This document shows, in pieces, positions 55,250-64,000 of a DNA stretch of 64,000 nucleotides. Origin of the DNA: an uncultured Coriobacteriaceae bacterium (GTDB lineage Bacteria > Bacillota > Clostridia > Oscillospirales > Acutalibacteraceae); NCBI GenBank assembly GCA_963648385.1, contig CAVJDU010000001.1, positions 19,579 to 83,578 on the forward strand, in the 5' to 3' direction. A model generated the notes under the pieces. The model did no database searches. It was not told the origin of the DNA and worked only from the letters and a program-made list of their open reading frames with translations. The first letter of the stretch is position 1; every line of letters begins with the position of its first letter. The translations under genes were made by a program, and so were the position numbers.

Positions 55250-56383
55250 ATGAAAAAGCTTGAATGCCATCTTTCTTTTGACAACACATGCTGCTGGATG
55301 TGGACGCTGTCATCCATATTTGTCGGCTTTAAGGTCTTGGAGGAAAAGGGAATTTTAAAGGTCAAATCCGTTTCAATGGATAGAAATTTCCGTGCCGACG
55401 GACGGTATCCCGACCGCATGGTCGTTGAACTGAAGGCTGACGGAAAAACGATTGCTTATGATATGTCGGACGGATATCAGAGTATCAATATTCCCGAACT
55501 GTTTGATTCCCAGCTGGATCGGCTTGATTATTATTTTAAATCGAGCTATGATCCGAATTTTGCCGAAAAGCTCAGAAATAGCAAGAAATTTCTCCCGCTT
55601 GGAATTGCTTATGAATGCTCCTGTCCGGGGAACTATTTTGAAAAGGCAAATATAAATGACGCACTAAAGAATCACAGATACAAGGAATTTATTTTTCAGT
55701 CGTTGACAAAAGCAAAGCGACAAAAGCTGCTTTATTATAAGAATTTTGAAAGCCATGAGCACTATGACGATTACAAAATTCTCTATTGGTCAAGGCTTTG
55801 GCTGGGTCACACGACCGCTGAAGAGGTTTTGAAGGTGTATACGGAGCTTGACTACAGTGCAGCAAAGGAAAAAGCCGAGGCGCAGAACCAAATGTTTAAG
55901 AATGTCAACGAACGAAGAATTCAATGCGTGCGAGTTTTGAAAAAAGAGTTCGGCTCACGCTTTGTCGGCGGATTAAGCGACAGTGCGGAAAGTCGCAGCC
56001 TTGCCCCGGAGTTGATTACTCATGATCCTGCAATAGAGACAAGGGAGGAATATCTTGCTTCATTGAAAAGGAATTATATAAATGTTCTTTCAAAGGGGCT
56101 TCATGGCTGCATAGGTGCGCGATATGGCGAGACTTTTGCCGCAGGCAGAGCGTTTATGAGCGATCCGCTTGTGTATGCGCCGGCAGGCAATCCGCAAAAG
56201 GATATCAATTATCTGGAGTATAGCGATGCGTTTTCCTTGGCAGAGAATATGAATTTGCTTATTAACGATGTGGACAGAATACATGAAATAGAAAATGCAA
56301 ATTTTGAGTATTATAATAATTATGTAAGACCCGATTCAAGAATATTGAATACGCTGAAAATTGCTTTTCCGGAATATTTTTAA
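55250..56383 (+). CDS. Hypothetical protein (possible glycosyltransferase-like fold, unassigned)
   Basis: A 377-aa ORF with coding-like composition. I recognise no motif with confidence. A terminator follows. Confidence 0.5.
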   Translation: MKKLECHLSFDNTCCWMWTLSSIFVGFKVLEEKGILKVKSVSMDRNFRADGRYPDRMVVELKADGKTIAYDMSDGYQSINIPELFDSQLDRLDYYFKSSYDPNFAEKLRNSKKFLPLGIAYECSCPGNYFEKANINDALKNHRYKEFIFQSLTKAKRQKLLYYKNFESHEHYDDYKILYWSRLWLGHTTAEEVLKVYTELDYSAAKEKAEAQNQMFKNVNERRIQCVRVLKKEFGSRFVGGLSDSAESRSLAPELITHDPAIETREEYLASLKRNYINVLSKGLHGCIGARYGETFAAGRAFMSDPLVYAPAGNPQKDINYLEYSDAFSLAENMNLLINDVDRIHEIENANFEYYNNYVRPDSRILNTLKIAFPEYF

Positions 56384-56435
56384 AACAAAACAGAACCGCA
56401 GGTTTTTATATGTTGCGGTTCTGTTCTTTTATTTT
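56384..56435. terminator. Bidirectional terminator
   Basis: ACAGAACCGCA ... TGCGGTTCTGT (11-bp stem), flanked by an A-run and TCTTTTATTTT. Confidence 0.75.
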
Positions 56436-58036
56436 AATTTTACTACAATATATTCATCTGTTTCAACGATGCAGTCCTTGCTCGGATACGGAGCTATATT
56501 TGAATATTTTTTGTTGGCTTCGTTATATTGCTCCCGTGTGCAATGCTTGAAGTCAACGCCGATATAATTGCAAAATTTGTAAAGCTCGGCTTCGGGTTTG
56601 TCACGGTCAAACGAGTTTTCTATACTCCAGTTAATATATGATCGACCGATGTAATCGTACTTATGCTTTGCCTTGTCTGCGGAATCGACATTCTTGGCCA
56701 TGCGGTCGATAAATTTTCCTAAAGGGGATGAATCCGAAACGCAGATCAGGCTTGTTATATGCTCCGACATAGTGTAGCTGCCGATGAAAACAACAGGCTT
56801 ATTCATATCACAGCTCGCCGTTAATCGGCTGTTAAGCGTCAGGATAACGGCTTTTTCTTCCTCAAAGCGTTGATTGTTTATCCAATATATTTTGTTGGAA
56901 GCTCCGATTTGAATGATCAATGCAAAGGCGAACAAAGCCGCAAACGCTCTTTTGACAAGCGTCCTGCCCGATCGGACATTGAGGCATAAAAGCAAAGCGG
57001 TAAAAGCAACGAAGAACGGCATACCCTGTTCGGTTCGGTATTCTGCGCCGCCGCCTCTGTATAATGTCATTGCAAAGACGGGAACAAGCGATCCGAGGAA
57101 AAGGAGAAAACTTGAAAATTTTCTTGTCTTTTTTATGTTGATTATGAATAAAATAAAGGCTGTTATTCCTGCAAAGAACAATATCGTGAATGCGGGATTG
57201 CAGAAAATTTTGAGTACCCAATAGCTGGCATAGGAGCGGAACAAATCGTGAACCGCTTTGGAGGTAGCCGTCCACAGGCTTTGGGTTTGGGCAAAATCGT
57301 TGACCTTTATTGAAAAGATTTTCATGAGAGTTTTTGTAATAACGGCTTCGAGAATTACTCCGAGTCCGAGAACAACGGCATGAAAAATTCCTTTTGAAAT
57401 AACCTCTCCGGTTTTGATACCGTTTTCCGTGCGTTCTTTCAGCATGAAAACGGCAAAAATCATGCCGACATAGGGGAGAATCATGCATTCGTACCACGAG
57501 AAAACAGCGATCATAAGGATCACCGGGACGAGTATGCATCTAACAAAATCCTTGTATTTGATTTCAAGATAAACGGCAAAAGAAAGCAGCATGGTGCAGC
57601 CGCCGACGGTAAGAATAGCTCCGTTATAAATAAAATACTCCGTCAGAAGCGGGAATGAAATGTAAATGCAGGTGAATACGATCGAGGGTAGTATGCTTTT
57701 TTGTTCATAAAATCCGTCAAAAACGGCAAGCATTATAAGTGTGCCGAGAATGAAGCAAGCGATACCGAGAATCGGTTCAAACCATACGGGACAATTCCAC
57801 AGTCCCAAGACCCGTTCAACGACGGTTGCGGTAAATCTTCCCTGGCTGAAAAGTATGCCGCTGTAATAGCGGTCATAGGAAAGCCAGTCGATTGATGGCG
57901 AAGGGTTGGCAAGATAAAATCCGTATGTTCCGAGAGCGGTCAATGCAACGGCTATCAGATAAAACGGATTGGTTATTCTTTTACAGATTGATCCCTTGAG
58001 GTCAAGATTTTGATTTGTAAGCTTGTGTTTTAGCAT
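56429..58036 (-). CDS. Polytopic membrane protein, GtrII-like (extracytoplasmic glycosyltransferase candidate)
   Basis: It has about 10 or more hydrophobic segments followed by a soluble C-terminal domain of about 130 aa. It is the last gene of the operon that holds the GtrA-like and GtrB-like genes. The family call rests on context plus topology. Confidence 0.5.
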   Translation of the reverse strand: MLKHKLTNQNLDLKGSICKRITNPFYLIAVALTALGTYGFYLANPSPSIDWLSYDRYYSGILFSQGRFTATVVERVLGLWNCPVWFEPILGIACFILGTLIMLAVFDGFYEQKSILPSIVFTCIYISFPLLTEYFIYNGAILTVGGCTMLLSFAVYLEIKYKDFVRCILVPVILMIAVFSWYECMILPYVGMIFAVFMLKERTENGIKTGEVISKGIFHAVVLGLGVILEAVITKTLMKIFSIKVNDFAQTQSLWTATSKAVHDLFRSYASYWVLKIFCNPAFTILFFAGITAFILFIINIKKTRKFSSFLLFLGSLVPVFAMTLYRGGGAEYRTEQGMPFFVAFTALLLCLNVRSGRTLVKRAFAALFAFALIIQIGASNKIYWINNQRFEEEKAVILTLNSRLTASCDMNKPVVFIGSYTMSEHITSLICVSDSSPLGKFIDRMAKNVDSADKAKHKYDYIGRSYINWSIENSFDRDKPEAELYKFCNYIGVDFKHCTREQYNEANKKYSNIAPYPSKDCIVETDEYIVVKLK

Positions 58037-58091
58037 GGCTGTAGATACCGTAATACGGTTTTCTCCTTCTTCAGTATGATTTGATCAGGTG

Positions 58092-59027
58092 TTACTCAAA
58101 GTTTATTCTTTCTTCTTCAATAACGAGCGGTCGGTTCATGACTCTCGTGTTGATGTTGAGGACATATTCGCCGAGAAGTCCGATGAAGAAAAGCTGAACG
58201 CTTCCGAGAAAGCATATTCCGATAAGCACCGGAGCCATGCCCATCGGGAAGTTGTCCCACATTATGAGCTTGAGGATAAGGTAAACCAGTCCAACGAGGA
58301 AGCTCACGGTGCCCACGCCTATGCCGAAAAAGGTTGCAAGTCTGAGGCCGATCTTGGTGTAGGAGGTGAAGCTGAGCATTGCTGCGTCATAGAGTGTGTA
58401 GAAATTGTTGTGCGTTTTTCCGGCTCTGCGCCTTGCCTGCTCATAGGGAATATCCTTTCGTCTGTAGCCCAGTTCGGCAACAATACCTCTGAGAAAAGGG
58501 GTGGGATCATTGAGACTTCTGAGCACCTCAAGGAAGGATTTGTCATAAAGGCCGAAGCCTGTGAAATGCTCAATTTGCTCAACATCGCTCATTTTCTTTA
58601 TGAGCTTATAATAACAGGTGCGCATAAATCGAATCAGCTTGTTCTCTTTGCTCGTTGTTTTGATAGCGCAAACTATTTTGTAACCGTTTTCCCATTCATG
58701 AACAAGCTTCGGAATCATTTCGATCGGATCTTGAAAATCACAGCACATACAAATCGTACAGTCGCCCGATGTTTGCAGCATTCCGTAATAGGGTGAATTG
58801 AACTGACCGAAGTTCTTGGCGTTAAAGATAGCCTTGATCTTCGGATTGTTTTTGCAAATTTCACGGAGAAGCGGACGGGTATTGTCCTTTGAGTCGTTGT
58901 CGATAAAGAGAATTTCGTAGTCATATTCGGGCAGCGATTTTGTCAGCTCGTCTATAACCGCTTTGCTTATCGGTACAACATTTTCCTCCTCGTTGTAGCA
59001 CGGGATCATTATGCTTATTTTTTTCAT
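58092..59027 (-). CDS. GT2 polyprenyl-phosphate glycosyltransferase (GtrB/CsbB/ArnC-like)
   Basis: ISIMIPCYNEEEN, FIDNDSKDNT, and two C-terminal TM helices. Confidence 0.85.
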   Translation of the reverse strand: MKKISIMIPCYNEEENVVPISKAVIDELTKSLPEYDYEILFIDNDSKDNTRPLLREICKNNPKIKAIFNAKNFGQFNSPYYGMLQTSGDCTICMCCDFQDPIEMIPKLVHEWENGYKIVCAIKTTSKENKLIRFMRTCYYKLIKKMSDVEQIEHFTGFGLYDKSFLEVLRSLNDPTPFLRGIVAELGYRRKDIPYEQARRRAGKTHNNFYTLYDAAMLSFTSYTKIGLRLATFFGIGVGTVSFLVGLVYLILKLIMWDNFPMGMAPVLIGICFLGSVQLFFIGLLGEYVLNINTRVMNRPLVIEEERINFE

Positions 59028-59037
59028 ATTCAGACCC

Positions 59038-59937
59038 TCAATCCAAAAGTTCTTTTATTCCTGTTTCAAAGCCGATTTCGGGAACAAACCCCGTGTCCTT
59101 TGTCAGCTCGGAAATGTCCGCCTGTAAAAACATGATCTGATTTTTCGAGTAGGGGATCGCACCGAAATCGATCTCCGAGTCGCTTTTGCACAGCTCATGT
59201 ATTTTTTTTATGTATTCTCTCAGCGGTGCGGACTTGCCGCTACCGAGGCAATATGTTTTTTCGTTGTTTTTGTCGTCGCAGCCGATGAGATAAAACGCAT
59301 TTGCGGCGTCCTTTGCGCCGAGAAAATCCCAGAGCTGTTCGCCCTTGCTGAATTCTGCTTTTTCACCGGTCGTGAATTTATTTACAGCTGATTTTATTAC
59401 GGAATTTTCAGGGTCGAATTTTCCGTAAACGCTGAGAATTCTCACCCATGCGTGGTCAATGCCGAGCTTGCGGCATTTCAGCCTGCTGAGCTGACCTGCG
59501 GCGAGCTTTGAAATGCCGTAGCCCGTGAACGGAAAAGTAGGCGTTTCGGGAGTCAGCGGTCGGTCGCAAAGACCGTATTCGGCCTGCGAACCTGCGCCGA
59601 TAAATTTTCGGCAGCCCATTCTTTTCGCAAGCGCAACGGCATCGAGAGTATATTTGATGTTTTTCAGCTGGAGATCTGCGTCGTCCCTTGCAGCACCCGT
59701 TGTACCTGCCCATGCAAGGTGGTAGAAAACATCACAATCATTTTCTTCGGGGACGAAATTTTCCATTTCATCAAGAGAACAGCATATTTTTTTAATGAGC
59801 CTGTTGCTTGGAATATCGTCGGCTCTTTTTGACCCGTTGCGGTAGAGCACAATGACCTCGACATTTTCGTCAACAAGCTTGTCGATTATCGCACGACCGA
59901 CAGAACCGGTTGCGCCTGTTATTACGGCTTTTTTCAT
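59038..59937 (-). CDS. NAD-dependent epimerase/dehydratase (extended SDR) family, possibly a CDP-4-keto-3,6-dideoxyhexose reductase
   Basis: MKKAVITGATGSVGRAI (Rossmann motif) and YGISK (the YxxxK motif). 299 aa. Confidence 0.8.
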   Translation of the reverse strand: MKKAVITGATGSVGRAIIDKLVDENVEVIVLYRNGSKRADDIPSNRLIKKICCSLDEMENFVPEENDCDVFYHLAWAGTTGAARDDADLQLKNIKYTLDAVALAKRMGCRKFIGAGSQAEYGLCDRPLTPETPTFPFTGYGISKLAAGQLSRLKCRKLGIDHAWVRILSVYGKFDPENSVIKSAVNKFTTGEKAEFSKGEQLWDFLGAKDAANAFYLIGCDDKNNEKTYCLGSGKSAPLREYIKKIHELCKSDSEIDFGAIPYSKNQIMFLQADISELTKDTGFVPEIGFETGIKELLD

Positions 59938-59941
59938 AATA

Positions 59942-61792
59942 TCACTCTTTTATCAGCGGAATGTACATATTCCGAGCCAGCTCGTTTCTGTCAAGGAACG
60001 GAGCGAGATCCTCAAGCGGAGGACTGACAAGCGTACCGTCAACCAGTCTCTTTGTGCTGCTCTTAGGTTCCCAGACCTGCTTCGTGTCCGTGAAAATTTC
60101 GCAGAAAGCATAGCCGTCGGTTGCAAGAGTCTTTTTGACCGCTTCCTGCATTTCCGCATTGCTGCTTGCAGAAAAATAGGGGAAGCCGAATGCTTTTGCT
60201 ATATTCTCGAATTTCGGGAACGAAAGGTCGCCGCTCTCGGGACCGATACCGACCTTCGAGTGCTCCTTAAACAGATTGTTTTGGGTTATTCTGATGCTGT
60301 GGTAGCCGCTGTTGTTAATAAGGAAAAGCTTGATCGGGAGCTTGTTAGTGATTATCGTCTGAAGCTCCTGGAGATTCATCATTATGCTTCCGTCACCCTC
60401 AAGACAGATCGTGTCCCGATTCTTGCCAGCAATGCAAAGACCGACAGCCGCAGGCAGTCCGTAGCCCATGCTTGCGATTGCGCTGTTGATGATAAAGCGT
60501 GAACCTCGCTTTATAGTCCAGCACTGATGACCGGCAACGCAGCAAGCTCCGTTGCTGACCGCCGTAAGCGAGTTCTCGGGGAGTTGGTCTGCAAGATATT
60601 TGATAAAAGCGTAAACATTGGCTGTTGTGCCGTTTTCCTCCTTGTGGCGGGGGAGAACGACGGGATATTTTTCTTTCCATTCAATGCACTGCTTGCGCCA
60701 ATCGTCACCGCCGAAAACAGGAACGGCTTTTTCGTCAATATTTCTGATGACAGCTTCAAGGAAATCCTTTGCGTCAGCCCAAACAGGCATGTCAACATGA
60801 ATCGTCGGTTTTTTCATCTCCGCCTTGTCTATGTCAACCATTATGACTTCGGCGGCTCTTGCCCATGTGCCGTAGTCGTAGCCGACTTGACGAATGCTTA
60901 TTCTTGTGCCGATCGTGAGAAGAAGATCGGAATTTTGAACGGCAAAGTTACCGGGACGGTCGCCCATGTTACCACCCCTGCCGCAATAGAGATTATTTTC
61001 GTTCTCTATAACATCAATACTGTTCCAATATGTTACAACGGGAACGCCGAGAAGCTCAGAGGCCTTTTTGAAAGCCTCATATCCGCCCGAAAGTCGTATT
61101 CCGCCGCCGGCATAGATAACCGGACGCTTTGCGTTCCTGAGTTTTTCGAGAATTATCTTTACGGTTTCACCGTCGATTTTCGGCGGAAGCTTGCTGTCGT
61201 CCTCCGTCGGGTCATAGCCTGTGAGGTCGTCAGTTTCGATATAGCTGCCCTGATAATTGACCGGAACATCGATCCATACGGGACCGGGTCTGCCGGTTGT
61301 TGCAAGATGCCACGCTTTTTCGAGCATATATCTTATATCGTTGATATTCTCAAGCATGGCGGAGTATTTGCACATACAGGATATTGCTTTTGTGATGTCG
61401 AATTCCTGATCGCCTACCGCCCTGAGGGGAAGCCCCTCGGTGAATTGCTCGGCGTAGCGTGCAGTTGTAGTGTATTTTACCTGACCGCTGACAACGAACA
61501 TCGGAATTGAGTCGAGCCAGCCGCCGACAACGCCCGTGATTGCGTTCGTGCCGCCGGGTCCTGTTGTGACGCAGAGTGCGGCAACTTTATTATTGAGCCT
61601 TGCATAAGCCTCTGCCGCAATCGCACTTGCCTGTTCGTGATGATTATAGGTGCAATGGATTCGCTCATTATGACCGAAGGCGTCGTTAAGGTGCATTGCG
61701 CCGCCGCCGACGACCGTGAAGCAGTCGGTTACGCCTCTGTCCGCAAGAAAGTTTGCGATATAGTCAGCAAGTCTTATCTTCATTTTCTTCAT
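59942..61792 (-). CDS. Thiamine-diphosphate-dependent enzyme of the acetolactate-synthase superfamily
   Basis: CVTTGPGGTNAITGV, and the TPP-binding GDGSIMMNLQEL...NN motif. 616 aa. Confidence 0.85.
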   Translation of the reverse strand: MKKMKIRLADYIANFLADRGVTDCFTVVGGGAMHLNDAFGHNERIHCTYNHHEQASAIAAEAYARLNNKVAALCVTTGPGGTNAITGVVGGWLDSIPMFVVSGQVKYTTTARYAEQFTEGLPLRAVGDQEFDITKAISCMCKYSAMLENINDIRYMLEKAWHLATTGRPGPVWIDVPVNYQGSYIETDDLTGYDPTEDDSKLPPKIDGETVKIILEKLRNAKRPVIYAGGGIRLSGGYEAFKKASELLGVPVVTYWNSIDVIENENNLYCGRGGNMGDRPGNFAVQNSDLLLTIGTRISIRQVGYDYGTWARAAEVIMVDIDKAEMKKPTIHVDMPVWADAKDFLEAVIRNIDEKAVPVFGGDDWRKQCIEWKEKYPVVLPRHKEENGTTANVYAFIKYLADQLPENSLTAVSNGACCVAGHQCWTIKRGSRFIINSAIASMGYGLPAAVGLCIAGKNRDTICLEGDGSIMMNLQELQTIITNKLPIKLFLINNSGYHSIRITQNNLFKEHSKVGIGPESGDLSFPKFENIAKAFGFPYFSASSNAEMQEAVKKTLATDGYAFCEIFTDTKQVWEPKSSTKRLVDGTLVSPPLEDLAPFLDRNELARNMYIPLIKE

Positions 61793-62297
61793 CCTTTGTT
61801 GGTTTTGATTTGAACGCCCAGAATTTGTTCATGATAAAATTGAGCGGAATTGTTATAACAAGTGCGCCGAGGCTTGCAATAAAGAACGGAACATTGATTT
61901 TTGTAAGCAGAATTTTAATTATCGGAGAAAGTATTAAGCCTGTAATGCCATAGCAGGCAAAGGTCTTGAAATAGGTCTTAAAATGCTCAAGAAAGCTCTT
62001 TTTGCCCGTGCCGAAAACATATCTGTTGTTCCAAAAATATGAGTTGCTGACGCTGATTACGAATGCGATTATCGTGGTTATAACGATTCTGACATTGTTG
62101 CCGTCGGTCGAGATGCCGAGCTTGGAAAGCAGGTCAAGAATTCCGATGAATTTTGAATTTTTGAAAAGAACATAGTAGCAGAGCATTTCCGTGCCGTAGG
62201 AGATCGCTGTGTTCGACACTCCGACCAGCCCGAATTTTATGAACTGTATCAGCGGTGCAAGCTTTTCGCTTTGCAAAAGACTTTTTATCTCATTCAT
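61764..62297 (-). CDS. GtrA-like small membrane protein (candidate polyprenyl-phosphate-sugar flippase)
   Basis: FIKFGLVGVSNTAISYG, and a C-terminal FIMNKFWAFK. There are four hydrophobic segments. I prefer ATG 62297, which overlaps the rfbH stop region. Confidence 0.7.
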   Translation of the reverse strand: MNEIKSLLQSEKLAPLIQFIKFGLVGVSNTAISYGTEMLCYYVLFKNSKFIGILDLLSKLGISTDGNNVRIVITTIIAFVISVSNSYFWNNRYVFGTGKKSFLEHFKTYFKTFACYGITGLILSPIIKILLTKINVPFFIASLGALVITIPLNFIMNKFWAFKSKPTKDEENEDKTC

Positions 62298-63624
62298 TTT
62301 GCAGCGCCTCGATAATCGTGTTTGCCATGTATTTAAGCTTCTCATCCGTCATGCCCGGGTAAACGCCGACCCAGAATGAATCGTTCATGATTCTGTCGGT
62401 GTTTTCGAGTGTGCCGACAACACGGTAGCCATTGCCGCTTGCACGCATCTCGTCAAAACAGGGGTGCTTGATGAGATTGCCTGCGAACAGCATTCTTGTT
62501 TGAACACCCTTGCTCTCAACATATTGAACGAGTTTGTTTCTGTCAACGCCCTGCTTGCAGGTGATGAAGAAACCGAACCAGCTCGGGTCGGAATTCTCGT
62601 TTGCTTCGGGAAGCATGAGCTTGTCCGAAACGCACTCAAGAGCGTCGTGAAGCACCTTGAAATTGTGCTTTCTCTTTTCAACGAAGCCCGGAAATTTTTT
62701 CAGCTGAGCGCAGCCGACCGCTGCCTGCATATCGGTTGCCTTGAGGTTATAGCCAAAGTGAGAATAAACATATTTATGGTCGTAGCCGAGAGGAAGTTCT
62801 CCGTATTGCTTGTCAAAGCGATGACCGCAGAGATTGTCCTGACCGGGTTCACACATACAGTCACGACCCCAGTCACGCATTGAGCGGATGATTTTGTGAA
62901 GAAGGGGGTCGTTCGTATAAACTGCGCCGCCCTCGCCCATCGTCATATGATGCGGCGGATAGAAGCTGCTTGTTCCGATATCGCCTATCGTGCCGGTGAA
63001 TTTTGTTTCGCCGTCAATCGTGTAGGTTGAGCCGAGAGAATCGCAATTGTCCTCAACGAGCCATAGATTATGCTTGTCGCAGAATGCTTTAACCGCTTTG
63101 AGGTCAAACGGATTGCCGAGCGTATGGGCAACCATGACCGCCTTCGTTTTATCGGAATATGCTTCTTCGAGCATAGAAGCGTCAATGTCGGCATTCGGAA
63201 GCTTGACATCAACAAAAACGGGAACAGCTCCGTATTGGATCATCGGCGTCACGGTTGTCGGGAAGCCCGCCGCAACGGTAATGACCTCGTCGCCGGGCTT
63301 AATTGCTCTTTCTTTGAGCAGCGGAGATGTGAGCGTCATGAAAGCGACAAGGTTTGCGCTTGAACCGGAATTGACAAGCGAACAAAATCTCACACCGAGA
63401 TATTTACAGAAATCGCCTTCAAATTGCCTTGTATATCTTCCGGCCGTGAGCCAGAATTCAAGTGCGCTGTCAACAAGATTTACCATTTCCTCCGAGTCAT
63501 AAACTCTTGAAGCGTAGGGGATTCGCTGACCTTCCTTGAATTCGGTCGGAACATTGTGATATTTGTCGCAGTATTCCTTTACCTTTTCGAGTATTTCGTT
63601 ATGTAATTGTTCTTTATCATTCAT
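62290..63624 (-). CDS. rfbH: CDP-6-deoxy-D-xylo-4-hexulose 3-dehydrase (E1; DegT/DnrJ/EryC1 family)
   Basis: 444 aa. Motifs: IPYASRVYDSEE, LVNSGSSANL, SFYPPHHMTMGEGG. A His replaces the usual PLP Lys context, as in E1 enzymes. Confidence 0.85.
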   Translation of the reverse strand: MNDKEQLHNEILEKVKEYCDKYHNVPTEFKEGQRIPYASRVYDSEEMVNLVDSALEFWLTAGRYTRQFEGDFCKYLGVRFCSLVNSGSSANLVAFMTLTSPLLKERAIKPGDEVITVAAGFPTTVTPMIQYGAVPVFVDVKLPNADIDASMLEEAYSDKTKAVMVAHTLGNPFDLKAVKAFCDKHNLWLVEDNCDSLGSTYTIDGETKFTGTIGDIGTSSFYPPHHMTMGEGGAVYTNDPLLHKIIRSMRDWGRDCMCEPGQDNLCGHRFDKQYGELPLGYDHKYVYSHFGYNLKATDMQAAVGCAQLKKFPGFVEKRKHNFKVLHDALECVSDKLMLPEANENSDPSWFGFFITCKQGVDRNKLVQYVESKGVQTRMLFAGNLIKHPCFDEMRASGNGYRVVGTLENTDRIMNDSFWVGVYPGMTDEKLKYMANTIIEALQNE

Positions 63625-64000
63625 CGCCGTTTCTCCTGAAAAAAATCTATTATCTGTCGGGTTGTGTATTCCGCCATGTTCTCGTTATCGGCATAGGCCT
63701 TTGTCCATTCAACGGTTTTTTCAACCGCCTGACGAGCCGACCATCTCGGTTTCCAGCCGAAAACCGACTTGACCTTTGAACAGTCAAGCTTGAGGAAGTT
63801 GGCTTCGTGCGGTCCGTCCTTGTGCTCGGCAACAAAGCTCTGTCCGCCGTCCCATGCGTCACAGAAGCAGCCCGCCAGCTCGCCGGTCGTCAGGCAATCG
63901 GACTCGTTCGGTCCTACATTGTACCAGTCGGCAACATCGGCGTTGTCGTATTGCTCTGCGGCTATCATAAGATAAACATAAAGCGGTTCAAGTACATGCT
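63621..64000 (-). CDS. rfbG: CDP-glucose 4,6-dehydratase, C-terminal part (5' end lies outside the window)
   Basis: The frame stays open beyond the track's Met (..HVLEPLYVYLMIAAEQ..). It also has NVGP, HEANFLKLDCSK and W.PRW. There is a 4-nt overlap with the rfbH start. Confidence 0.8.
   Translation of the reverse strand, partial: HVLEPLYVYLMIAAEQYDNADVADWYNVGPNESDCLTTGELAGCFCDAWDGGQSFVAEHKDGPHEANFLKLDCSKVKSVFGWKPRWSARQAVEKTVEWTKAYADNENMAEYTTRQIIDFFQEKRR

Noticed and set aside
60527-61510. A 327-aa ORF antisense to the TPP-enzyme gene.
   Set aside because: It is a shadow ORF opposite a gene with clear TPP-binding motifs.

Overview
This is a 64-kb chromosomal window from a moderate-GC Firmicute of the Clostridia. 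The cohesin/dockerin proteins, Gtr-type glycosylation genes and sugar operons suggest a Ruminococcus-like Oscillospiraceae organism, but that is inference only. I saw no rRNA, tRNA, CRISPR array, transposase, integrase or recognisable defence genes.

Content from left to right:
- Housekeeping genes: pheT 3' end, ychF, dut, trmL, pdxK.
- Secreted PHP-like and lipase-like proteins, and a GH36 alpha-galactosidase.
- A receiver-less Spo0A C-terminal-domain protein.
- A carbohydrate-catabolism block at about 10-27 kb. It holds a Gfo/Idh/MocA plus two TIM-barrel operon, an isolated rpsU that the ORF track misses, and a LacI-controlled D-allose/D-allulose operon (ABC transporter, alsE, alsK, rpiB). 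It also holds a divergent aminotransferase/tandem class II aldolase versus FGGY kinase/cupin unit, and rbsK.
- glyQS.
- A Na+-translocating oxaloacetate-decarboxylase-type operon with a separate carrier protein that has two biotinyl domains.
- guaB.
- A three-gene secreted cohesin/dockerin/FIVAR locus at 34.4-43.9 kb with no recognisable enzyme domain. It is preceded by a sigma-A-type promoter and a roughly 270-nt GC-rich leader that I cannot assign to any RNA family.
- GTP-dependent PEP carboxykinase.
- Several secreted proteins and lipoproteins of unknown function, and an HlyD/MacB-type permease pair with no ATPase.
- An acyl-CoA ligase, and a metallophosphoesterase/nitroreductase/DUF3006 group.
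- A minus-strand operon that combines CDP-3,6-dideoxyhexose genes (rfbG, rfbH), a TPP enzyme and an SDR with a GtrA/GtrB/GtrII-like surface glycosylation module.

The most interesting candidates are the enzyme-free cohesin-dockerin locus with its structured leader, and the CDP-sugar/TPP/Gtr cluster. Next come the uncharacterised aminotransferase-aldolase-kinase unit and a short intergenic inverted-repeat element family.

All calls rest on reading translations and motifs by eye. No database search was run.
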